Program-made: the position numbers and the translations under genes
Notes under the pieces: model-generated
Seen by the model: only the letters and a program-made list of their open reading frames with translations
The model's database searches: none
Told to the model about the DNA's origin: nothing
Shown here: positions 1 to 7,376 of the stretch, one piece after another
How positions within the stretch are numbered: the first letter of the stretch is position 1
Layout: the number at the start of each line of letters is the position of its first letter
NCBI GenBank assembly: GCA_030523905.1
Contig: JAUNHO010000001.1
Span: 6,107-32,058, forward strand
Direction: 5' to 3'
DNA length: 25,952 nt
Source: Bergeyella zoohelcum
Lineage (GTDB): Bacteria; Bacteroidota; Bacteroidia; Flavobacteriales; Weeksellaceae

Positions 1-2
1 CA

Positions 3-149
3 GATAAAGAATGCTACGGTAGGGTATGCAAAACAGAATCCACTGAAGTAGGAAATGGTGTTTCGGTTGAGATTAAAGTATGCGGCGACTGGCAAAAAAT
101 ACCTTGTAAGTCTGATGAAGAAAAGAGCAACACTTTTACCACCGAATAA
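3..149 (+). CDS. 3' part of a small Cys-rich peptide ORF (5' end outside window)
   Basis: Frame +3 is open from base 3 to TAA at 147-149: DKECYGRVCKTESTEVGNGVSVEIKVCGDWQKIPCKSDEEKSNTFTTE*. Four Cys, GC-richer than the flank, followed by a terminator. Not in the ORF track because it is truncated. Confidence 0.7.
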   Translation, partial: DKECYGRVCKTESTEVGNGVSVEIKVCGDWQKIPCKSDEEKSNTFTTE

Positions 150-158
150 TTAAAATCT

Positions 159-188
159 AAATAGAGGTGAAGTTTCACCTCTATTTTT
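159..188 (+). terminator. Intrinsic terminator-like hairpin after the peptide ORF
   Basis: AAATAGAGGTGAA (159-171) is the reverse complement of TTCACCTCTATTT (174-186), running into a T tract. Confidence 0.75.
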
Positions 189-204
189 ACTAAAATTTTG
201 AATT

Positions 205-846
205 ATGAAAAATCTATTTTTATTATATTCTTTCTTAATATTTTCTTGTTTTTATTCCCAACAAGTAGAAGGAGAAATAATTTACAAGACGAAATACAAA
301 ACTCATAAAACTATAACAGGAATAGAAAAGGTATATTTCACCAATGACATAATGCTATCACTATATAAAGCAGATGAAATCATAACAACTCCCATAACGG
401 AGAACGGAAGTGTGATTTATCCCACCAATACCATTGATAGTCTTGCTCATAAACCTCGCTTTGTTCTATTGTCCTCAAAAGATAATACACTCTTCAATAA
501 TAACATAAACAATGATAAGGAAACTATCTATAAAAAAGAAAATGCTGTAAAAACAATAGAATGGAAAATATTCCCTGAATATAAAAAAATAAAGGGATAT
601 AAATGCCAAAAAGCACAAGCCACCATTTCTGGTAGCCTCTATACCGTATGGTTTACTAAAAAAATCCCTACTTCATTCGCTCCAACAGGAGTATTGTACA
701 GCGGTTTAGGTGGAGCAATATTGGAGATGACTACAGACAAATTTCAGAGAACATTGGTTGCTGATAAAATTTCTCTGAAAAAAGTAGAAAAAATAATATC
801 CGATTTCAAGAAAAAACAAGACTTATCTCAATATAAAACCAATTAA
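205..846 (+). CDS. GLPGLI-family secreted protein (degenerate motif)
   Basis: Signal peptide ending FYS-QQ. C-terminal block WKIFPEYKKIKGYKCQKA...VWFTKKIP...GLGGAILE resembles the GLPGLI (TIGR01200) signature. Confidence 0.75.
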   Translation: MKNLFLLYSFLIFSCFYSQQVEGEIIYKTKYKTHKTITGIEKVYFTNDIMLSLYKADEIITTPITENGSVIYPTNTIDSLAHKPRFVLLSSKDNTLFNNNINNDKETIYKKENAVKTIEWKIFPEYKKIKGYKCQKAQATISGSLYTVWFTKKIPTSFAPTGVLYSGLGGAILEMTTDKFQRTLVADKISLKKVEKIISDFKKKQDLSQYKTN

Positions 847-857
847 AACTTACTGAT

Positions 858-1691
858 ATGAAAAATAAATTTGCATTGTTGCTATCATTTCTTACTTTTA
901 TTTTAGTTCAGTCTCAAACCAAAAGATTTTATTATCAAGTAGAGTTTTACAAAGACGAAAAGAGAGAAATAAAAGCAAAAGACTTGGTTGTCTTAGATAT
1001 TAATAAAGAACATAATCTTTTTTATAGTAATAAATACTTGGTAACAGATTCTATCAATGAAAAATCTCCTCAAAAAATATTCCCTTACCCAAAATTCCTA
1101 GATGAGGTAAAATGGAATAAAAACAAGGAAAATTTTACATTCTATAAACAAACTGATGCGGTTAGTTTCTTTACATTTGACCATAAAGTAGAAATAAAAT
1201 GGAAATTACAAAATGATAAAAAAACAATAGAAGGCTTTGAAGTTCAAAAAGCTACTGCTGAATATGGTGGTAGAAAATGGGTAGCGTGGTTTGCAAAAGA
1301 TATTCCACTACCTTATGGTCCTTATGTATTCTACGGCTTACCTGGGCTTGTATTAGAAATCTATGACGAAATCAATAATGATTATCATTTCAAATTCGTG
1401 GGTAATAAAAATTTAGATAATGATACCGATGCTTCCAAAATCATCAGTAAATATAAATTTGGAAAGGCAACGAATATCAAGAAAAAAGATTGGAAAAAAC
1501 TACAAATCAGTCACTATAAAAAACCTTTACCTATCAATACATCAGAAGTAGAGTTTAAGATGACTCACGATGACGGAAAAGATTTTACTGCACAAGATTA
1601 TAGAAATAGAGAAGAGGAACTAAAAGCATATATAAAAAAATATAACAACCCAATAGAACTAAATGAAAAAATAGATTACGAAAAATTATAA
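858..1691 (+). CDS. GLPGLI-family secreted protein
   Basis: Signal peptide VQS-QT. Contains WKLQNDKKTIEGFEVQKATAEYGGRKWVAWFAKDIPLPYGPYVFYGLPGLVLEI. Confidence 0.9.
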   Translation: MKNKFALLLSFLTFILVQSQTKRFYYQVEFYKDEKREIKAKDLVVLDINKEHNLFYSNKYLVTDSINEKSPQKIFPYPKFLDEVKWNKNKENFTFYKQTDAVSFFTFDHKVEIKWKLQNDKKTIEGFEVQKATAEYGGRKWVAWFAKDIPLPYGPYVFYGLPGLVLEIYDEINNDYHFKFVGNKNLDNDTDASKIISKYKFGKATNIKKKDWKKLQISHYKKPLPINTSEVEFKMTHDDGKDFTAQDYRNREEELKAYIKKYNNPIELNEKIDYEKL

Positions 1692-1720
1692 TGCCCCCTG
1701 CCATATATCATTTTATTTTA

Positions 1721-1752
1721 TTTGTGGCTTTTCAAAAAAATAAGTAATTTTA
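1721..1752 (+). promoter_or_regulatory. Probable Bacteroidota sigma70 promoter of fbaA
   Basis: TTTG at 1721-1724, 20-nt spacer, TAATTTTA at 1745-1752 (one mismatch to TAnnTTTG). Confidence 0.5.
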
Positions 1753-1779
1753 CGGCAATCTAATATTAAAATAAAAAAT

Positions 1780-2850
1780 ATGAGCAAAATGTTTCCAGCG
1801 GGGGTTGCCACAGGACAATTGGTAACCGATATTTTCCAATATGCAAAAGAAAATAAATTCGCACTTCCAGCAGTTAATGTCATTGGTTCTAGTAATGTAA
1901 ATGCCACTTTGGAGACCGCAGTAAGGCTAAACGCCCCTGTTATCATTCAGTTTTCTAATGGCGGAGCAGCTTACAACGCAGGTAAAGGTCTTAGCAATGA
2001 TGGGCAAAAAGCCGCTATCCTTGGGGCGGTAGCAGGTGCTAAACATATCCATACTCTGGCAGAAGCCTATGGTGCTACCGTGATTCTTCACACCGATCAC
2101 TGTGCTAAAAAACTACTTCCTTGGATTGACGGATTAATGGACGCTAACGAAGAGTTTTTCAAACAAACAGGCAAATCTCTCTACTCTTCTCATATGCTAG
2201 ACCTTTCCGAAGAATCTTTGGAAGAAAATATGGATATTTCTTGCCAATATTTTGAAAGAATGGCAAAAATAGGTATGACCTTGGAAATAGAGCTGGGTGT
2301 AACAGGTGGCGAGGAAGATGGTGTAGATAATACAGGCGTAGATTCTTCCAAACTATATACCCAGCCAGAGGAGGTAGCATATGCCTACGAAAGACTAAAA
2401 GCTATTTCTCCAAACTTTACAGTAGCTGCGGCTTTTGGTAATGTACACGGCGTTTATAAACCTGGTAATGTGAAATTAACACCGAAAATTTTAGATAATT
2501 CACAAAAGTATATCCAAGAGAAGTTCGGAACGGGGGAAAAACCTGTTAATTTCGTATTCCACGGTGGTTCTGGCTCTACCTTGGAGGAAATCCGTGAGGC
2601 GATAGACTATGGCGTTATTAAAATGAATATTGATACCGACCTGCAATTTGCCTATACAGAAGGCATCAGAGACTATATGGTAAGCAAATTGGATTATCTG
2701 AAATCTCAAATCGGTAACCCTGAGGGCGAGGACAAACCAAACAAAAAATTCTATGACCCAAGAGTTTGGGTAAGAAAAGGAGAGGAAACTTTCGGTAAGC
2801 GTTTGGAACAAGCCTTCGAAGACCTTAATAATATTAACACCTTGAAATAA
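1780..2850 (+). CDS. fbaA: Fructose-bisphosphate aldolase class II
   Basis: ALPAVNV, HTDH, HMLDLS, FGNVHGVY, VFHGGSG and KMNIDTD motifs; 356 aa. Confidence 0.97.
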   Translation: MSKMFPAGVATGQLVTDIFQYAKENKFALPAVNVIGSSNVNATLETAVRLNAPVIIQFSNGGAAYNAGKGLSNDGQKAAILGAVAGAKHIHTLAEAYGATVILHTDHCAKKLLPWIDGLMDANEEFFKQTGKSLYSSHMLDLSEESLEENMDISCQYFERMAKIGMTLEIELGVTGGEEDGVDNTGVDSSKLYTQPEEVAYAYERLKAISPNFTVAAAFGNVHGVYKPGNVKLTPKILDNSQKYIQEKFGTGEKPVNFVFHGGSGSTLEEIREAIDYGVIKMNIDTDLQFAYTEGIRDYMVSKLDYLKSQIGNPEGEDKPNKKFYDPRVWVRKGEETFGKRLEQAFEDLNNINTLK

Positions 2851-2875
2851 TTTTTCATCGTTATTAAACATCAAT

Positions 2876-2912
2876 AAAAAACCTCCTGAAAGTATTTTCA
2901 AGAGGTTTTTAT
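2876..2912. terminator. Bidirectional terminator between fbaA and the DUF6261-like gene
   Basis: AAAAACCTCCTGAAA...TTTCAAGAGGTTTTT with one mismatch and A/T tails on both sides, between convergent genes. Confidence 0.75.
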
Positions 2913-2965
2913 TTATTTGCAAATTTTCCCCATTTTGGGGCTAGGAATAGGCTTTTTACACAGAC

Positions 2966-3631
2966 CTACTTCACTTCCTTCGTGATTTCTTTAAGCTCGG
3001 TATAAAGGGCATTCCACTCGGGTTGAGATTTCATTGCGGTGGCGAAACCTAGATAATCCCTTATCGCTCGTTCCAAATCTTTTCGTGTGGCACTTGCCGA
3101 TTTGGTAAGCCTCAATTCCGTATTGGCTTCGGTTTGCTCGGAAATCAAACGCGAAAATGCCTCTTGTTTCGTTTTCAAATCAGCGAAGGTAGTCGATAAA
3201 TTCAGGCTAACCAACTTGGCTTGATTTTCCACCTTTTCGAGTTCCGAAATAAGCTTGTCCAATAATACGGACTGGTCGGCGTAGGATTTTTTGTCCAAAT
3301 TCAAATCGTGCTGTTTGAAAATCTCATACACCGCCGCCGCATCGCTATGATTGGGCAGTAGCTTCATTCCTGCAAAACCTTTCAGATATTGTTTCATCGT
3401 TCGGAATGCTTCGTCTCTTGCCTCATCGGCTTCTGCTACGGAGGCACCTTTTCCGCTATAAGTTTGCTTATTTACCAAATCTTTGTAGGCGTTATACTCA
3501 TCTTCTACGGCTTTCAGAAGAGGGTGCTGGCTCACTACAATGGTATATTTACCCGACTTGGAAGCCCCTACCAAACGCTCTGCCAGTGCGGAAAGCGTTA
3601 TCGTGTTTAATCTTGCTAATCCTATTTTCAT
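2966..3631 (-). CDS. DUF6261-like helical protein
   Basis: Likely start MKIGL (ATG at 3631, downstream of a promoter match). Motifs YSGKGASVAEADEARD, SYADQS and SASATRKDLE recalled from Bacteroidota DUF6261 proteins; family assignment from memory. Confidence 0.7.
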   Translation of the reverse strand: MKIGLARLNTITLSALAERLVGASKSGKYTIVVSQHPLLKAVEDEYNAYKDLVNKQTYSGKGASVAEADEARDEAFRTMKQYLKGFAGMKLLPNHSDAAAVYEIFKQHDLNLDKKSYADQSVLLDKLISELEKVENQAKLVSLNLSTTFADLKTKQEAFSRLISEQTEANTELRLTKSASATRKDLERAIRDYLGFATAMKSQPEWNALYTELKEITKEVK

Positions 3632-3662
3632 AATATTAAAAATGTTTGATTTATTTAACATT

Positions 3663-3670
3663 CAAAAGTA
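3663..3670 (-). promoter_or_regulatory. -7 promoter element for the DUF6261-like gene
   Basis: Minus strand TACTTTTG matches TAnnTTTG. It overlaps the ORF-track start at 3661 and so supports the 3631 start. Confidence 0.55.
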
Positions 3671-3718
3671 TAAATTTTCTTTGAAATAATGAAAACATTT
3701 AGATTGATTCGCTTTGAA

Positions 3719-4212
3719 TTTTGAAATCTCCGTAATAATTTTATCGCAAAGCTCACAAAGAATATTTTACTTTATTTTAGGGATTAGGGCAAACAAAACA
3801 TAAATGTTTCGCTATGAAATACAATGAATAATAAAAATCTTGTATGACTTCTATAAACGAAGTGGCTTTGTGTTACTTACAAAATATTAACTATTTTTTG
3901 TTTGGTTTTGATTTGTCTGCCCTTGCGATGAATTTCAATCTTGTTGTATTCGGATTGGTTTGATTTGATTTTTGAAATCTCCGTAATAATTTTATCGCAA
4001 AGCTCACAAAGAATATTTTACTTTATTTTAGGGATTAGGGCAAACAAAACATAAATGTTTCGCTATGAAATACAATGAATAATAAAAATCTTGTATGACT
4101 TCTATAAACGAAGTGGCTTTGTGTTACTTACAAAATATTAACTATTTTTTGTTTGGTTTTGATTTGTCTGCCCTTGCGATGAATTTCAATCTTGTTGTAT
4201 TTGGATTGGTTT
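3719..4212. repeat. 251-bp-period tandem duplication (3719-3961 = 3970-4212)
   Basis: 243 bp identical except one C/T (3951 vs 4202), with an 8-nt linker at 3962-3969. Confidence 0.97.
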
Positions 4213-4227
4213 TGAACGAATTTAGAC

Positions 4228-4351
4228 CAACTGCACTGCATTTTATTACAAATCAATTGAATTGAAACTAAATGCACGCGTATTTGATGAGATTTTGGAT
4301 AAAGACAAATCAACTGCAATGTATTTTAATTACAAATCACTTAAATTGAAA
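4228..4351. repeat. Degenerate direct repeat, 83-bp spacing
   Basis: CAACTGCACTGCATTTTATTACAAATCAATTGAATTGAAA (4228-4267) vs CAACTGCAATGTATTTTAATTACAAATCACTTAAATTGAAA (4311-4351). Confidence 0.8.
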
Positions 4352-4410
4352 TAAAACCATCTTTTCGGAGGTCTAAATCCTGAAAGGTGGATTGTTCGGA
4401 AATTTTACAG

Positions 4411-4446
4411 AAAATAAAAATCCCTTATCTTGGAATGGATAAGGGA
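4411..4446 (-). terminator. Terminator of the lipoprotein gene
   Basis: TCCCTTATC (4421-4429) / GATAAGGGA (4438-4446), with a plus-strand A tract at 4411-4420 (U tract on minus). Confidence 0.75.
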
Positions 4447-4457
4447 AATGGGGGTGA

Positions 4458-4949
4458 TTAAAGTTTTACTAAATGTTGTTTTTGATCTTCGGTAAGGTCT
4501 TTAATGTCTATGATTTTCAATTCTCGTACCTGTGAAACCGAATCGTTTTTTTGTAAAGTCTCGTTGATGGTCTCCGTTTCTAGTCGGTACATAGCCCCCG
4601 TTGCAGGGTCTATGATGAGCAGACCTATGAACCCACCAAAAAGAATATTACCAAAGTACCAGCCATTGAGCTTGAACTCTACTGGAACTACTTTTGTTTG
4701 GTAGCCTTCTTTTTCAATCTTTACTTGGTATCTTGCCTTTCCAAAGAAGCCACTACCAGATTTTAGTTTGATTGTAGTTGGCGTAAATCCAGTGTAAATA
4801 TCTACTCCTTTTTTATCTGTAATGGTCAGTTTTGCCTCTGATGGATTACTGCTAATCATAATAGGCCAACTGCTTTTACTTACAATAGAAGCACAACTCG
4901 TAGATAGCAAAGCCGTAACGCATACAGCTAAAATTGTAATTTTTCGCAT
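4458..4949 (-). CDS. Predicted lipoprotein with PEGA-like beta domain
   Basis: Lipobox LSTS-C. ISSNPSEAKL...YQVKIEKEGY is PEGA-like, followed by the hydrophobic Gly-rich segment WYFGNILFGGFIGLLIIDPATGAMY. Confidence 0.75.
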   Translation of the reverse strand: MRKITILAVCVTALLSTSCASIVSKSSWPIMISSNPSEAKLTITDKKGVDIYTGFTPTTIKLKSGSGFFGKARYQVKIEKEGYQTKVVPVEFKLNGWYFGNILFGGFIGLLIIDPATGAMYRLETETINETLQKNDSVSQVRELKIIDIKDLTEDQKQHLVKL

Positions 4950-5000
4950 GGAAATTTAATTTTGTTTGGCTAAAATAGTTCAATCTAAATATATATTAAC

Positions 5001-5008
5001 TATCTTTG
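5001..5008 (+). promoter_or_regulatory. -7 promoter element of the XRE gene
   Basis: TATCTTTG, a perfect TAnnTTTG match. Confidence 0.65.
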
Positions 5009-5010
5009 CA

Positions 5011-5038
5011 GTTATAAAATATAACAAAAAAAGTTATA
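5011..5038. promoter_or_regulatory. Candidate XRE operator
   Basis: GTTATA(5011-5016)-AAA-TATAAC(5020-5025)-N7-GTTATA(5033-5038), overlapping the predicted transcription start. Confidence 0.45.
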
Positions 5039-5042
5039 ATTT

Positions 5043-5411
5043 ATGATTGGGCATAAAATAAAAAACATACGCGAACTGAAAAATTTCACACAAGAATATA
5101 TGGCAGAAAAACTGGATATTTCTCAGGCAGCTTACTCCAAAATGGAGAAAGGAAGCGTGAAGATTTCAGAGGAAAAACTCCATAAAATTGCCGAAATTCT
5201 TGAAACCAATCCAGAGGAAATAAAAGATTTTGACAATAAAAAAGTTCTCAATAGTTTTAATAATATAAAAGGAAATAATAGCAACATAAATTATAACCAT
5301 CAAGACCTTAATCTTATCCGTCAGTTATATGAAGATAAGATTATTTTATTAGAAAGACTTTTAGCCAAACAAGAGGAAGAAATAAAAAATTTGAAAACTC
5401 TTTTGGAATAA
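5043..5411 (+). CDS. XRE-family helix-turn-helix transcriptional regulator
   Basis: IKNIRELKNFTQEYMAEKLDISQAAYSKMEKG (HTH_3 pattern) with a coiled-coil C-terminus. Confidence 0.93.
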   Translation: MIGHKIKNIRELKNFTQEYMAEKLDISQAAYSKMEKGSVKISEEKLHKIAEILETNPEEIKDFDNKKVLNSFNNIKGNNSNINYNHQDLNLIRQLYEDKIILLERLLAKQEEEIKNLKTLLE

Positions 5412-5445
5412 ATCATCATTTTTATAATATTATTTTTATAAAAAA

Positions 5446-5461
5446 TGTTTCCCGTGAAACA
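5446..5461. other. parS-like centromere site 1
   Basis: TGTTTCCCGTGAAACA, one mismatch to the parS consensus TGTTTCACGTGAAACA; 20 nt upstream of mnmG. Confidence 0.85.
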
Positions 5462-5481
5462 TTAATATCAATTTTCAGAAT

Positions 5482-7344
5482 ATGACAAACCAAATATACG
5501 ATGTAATAGTAGTAGGTGCAGGACACGCAGGGAACGAAGCGGCGGCGGCGGCAGCAAACCTCGGTTCTAAAACGCTCCTTATTACGATGAATATGGAAAC
5601 CATCGGAAAGATGAGTTGCAATCCTGCTATGGGCGGTATCGCCAAGGGGCAAATCGTGAGGGAAATAGACGCTCTGGGCGGTTATTCAGGGATTATTGCC
5701 GATAAATCTGCTATTCAATTTAAGATGCTCAATCTCTCAAAAGGCCCTGCAATGTGGTCGCCACGAACCCAAAACGACCGTATGCTCTTTGCCGAAGAAT
5801 GGCGTCTTGCCCTTGAAAACACTCCAAATCTGGACTTTTTTCAAGATATGGTGAAAGAACTTATCATTGAAAACAATAAGGTAACAGGCGTTATCACTTC
5901 CATTGGTGTGAGATTCAAGGCTAAATCTGTGGTTTTGACCAACGGAACTTTCCTCAATGGGCTTATTCACATCGGCGAAAAACAGCTCGGAGGCGGTAGA
6001 ATGGGCGAACCTCGTGCGTTTGGTATTACCGAACAGCTCGTTTCCCTAGGTTTTGAGGCAGGTAGAATGAAGACAGGAACGCCCGTGCGTGTAGATGGCA
6101 GAACGATAGATTTCTCCAAAATGGAAGAACAAAAAGGCGATGAAAATCCACAAAAATTCTCCTATTTAGACACGCCAAAACTCACTCATCAGCGTTCGTG
6201 TTTCATCACTTATACCAATGAAATCGTTCACGAAATTCTCCGCGAAGGCTTTGACAGAAGCCCAATGTTCAACGGAACTATACAGAGTCTCGGCCCTAGA
6301 TATTGCCCAAGTATAGAGGACAAAATCAACCGATTTGCTGAAAGAAACAGACACCAAATTTTCGCCGAGCCAGAGGGCTGGAAAACCATAGAATATTACA
6401 TCAATGGATTTAGCTCTTCGCTTCCAGAAGACATTCAGATAAAGGCACTTAGACAAATTCCAGGTTTTGAAAATGCTAAAGTTTTCCGCCCTGGTTACGC
6501 TATAGAATACGACTACTTCCCTCCTACTCAACTTCATCATACTTTGGAGACAAAACTCATAGAAAACCTTTATTTCGCTGGGCAAATCAACGGAACTACA
6601 GGCTATGAAGAAGCAGCAGGGCAAGGCATCATCGCAGGGATAAACGCACACAATAAAACCCACGGAAAAGAGCCTTTTACCCTCAATAGAGACGAGGCTT
6701 ATATTGGTGTTTTAATAGACGATTTAATTACTAAAGGCACAGAAGAACCGTATAGAATGTTCACCTCTCGTGCAGAATATAGACTGCTTTTAAGACAAGA
6801 TAATGCCGATATTCGCCTTACGGAGAAGTCTCATAAGTTGGGTCTTGCCACCGATGAAAGAATGAAAAAAGTGGAGGAAAAAATCGAACAATCTACTGAA
6901 TTGGAGGAATTTCTACGAGAAACTTCCCTAAAACCTGATGTGATAAATCCTATTTTGGAGGAAGTGGAATCCAATCCTGTGGATCAGGCGTACCGTGCAA
7001 GTCAGATTCTTACTAGACCGAATATCAACCTGAAAACTCTGGAAAAGATAGATTTCATCAAAGAAATTTCTGAAAAATATTCCGATGAAGTGAGGGAACA
7101 AGCGGAAATTAACATCAAATACAAAGGCTATATAGACAAAGAAAGGGAAAATGTAGCTAAACTTCAACGATTGGAAAATATCAAAATTTCTGATGATTTT
7201 GATTTCTCTAAAATTTCAAGTTTATCAGCAGAGGCAAAACAAAAACTAGGTAAAATAAGACCCAAAACCATAGCCCAAGCCTGTAGAATAAGCGGTGTTT
7301 CCCCAGCAGACATCAATGTTTTGCTTATATTCTTGGGAAGATAA
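5482..7344 (+). CDS. mnmG: tRNA uridine-5-carboxymethylaminomethyl(34) synthesis enzyme MnmG (GidA)
   Basis: GAGHAG FAD motif, MSCNPAMGG, RMKTGTP, GPRYCPSIEDK, AGQINGTTGYEEAA and PYRMFTSRAEYRL. Confidence 0.98.
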   Translation: MTNQIYDVIVVGAGHAGNEAAAAAANLGSKTLLITMNMETIGKMSCNPAMGGIAKGQIVREIDALGGYSGIIADKSAIQFKMLNLSKGPAMWSPRTQNDRMLFAEEWRLALENTPNLDFFQDMVKELIIENNKVTGVITSIGVRFKAKSVVLTNGTFLNGLIHIGEKQLGGGRMGEPRAFGITEQLVSLGFEAGRMKTGTPVRVDGRTIDFSKMEEQKGDENPQKFSYLDTPKLTHQRSCFITYTNEIVHEILREGFDRSPMFNGTIQSLGPRYCPSIEDKINRFAERNRHQIFAEPEGWKTIEYYINGFSSSLPEDIQIKALRQIPGFENAKVFRPGYAIEYDYFPPTQLHHTLETKLIENLYFAGQINGTTGYEEAAGQGIIAGINAHNKTHGKEPFTLNRDEAYIGVLIDDLITKGTEEPYRMFTSRAEYRLLLRQDNADIRLTEKSHKLGLATDERMKKVEEKIEQSTELEEFLRETSLKPDVINPILEEVESNPVDQAYRASQILTRPNINLKTLEKIDFIKEISEKYSDEVREQAEINIKYKGYIDKERENVAKLQRLENIKISDDFDFSKISSLSAEAKQKLGKIRPKTIAQACRISGVSPADINVLLIFLGR

Positions 7345-7351
7345 TTAGCAA

Positions 7352-7367
7352 TGTTTCACGGGAAACA
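7352..7367. other. parS-like centromere site 2
   Basis: TGTTTCACGGGAAACA, the exact reverse complement of site 1; 7 nt after the mnmG stop. Confidence 0.85.
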
Positions 7368-7376
7368 TATCGTAAA

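Noticed and set aside
3805-3821. TGTTTCGCTATGAAATA in the duplicated unit as an extra parS
   Set aside because: Wrong spacer length and several mismatches.
3719-4212. Possible CRISPR array, IS element or integron attC sites in the repeat region
   Set aside because: There are only two long copies with no spacers, no terminal inverted repeats, no transposase or integrase, and no clear attC core pairing.
4357-4390. Imperfect hairpin CCATCTTTTC...GAAAGGTGG as a possible ncRNA or cassette end
   Set aside because: Short, with wobbles and bulges; no promoter or family resemblance.
5515-5545. MnmG GAGHAGNEAA with Asn in place of the usual Cys/Thr
   Set aside because: This position varies among orthologs (T, V, C, S), so it is unlikely to be meaningful.
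5445-7368. Invertible segment flipping mnmG between 18-bp inverted repeats
   Set aside because: The repeats match parS and no recombinase is nearby, so parS is the simpler explanation.
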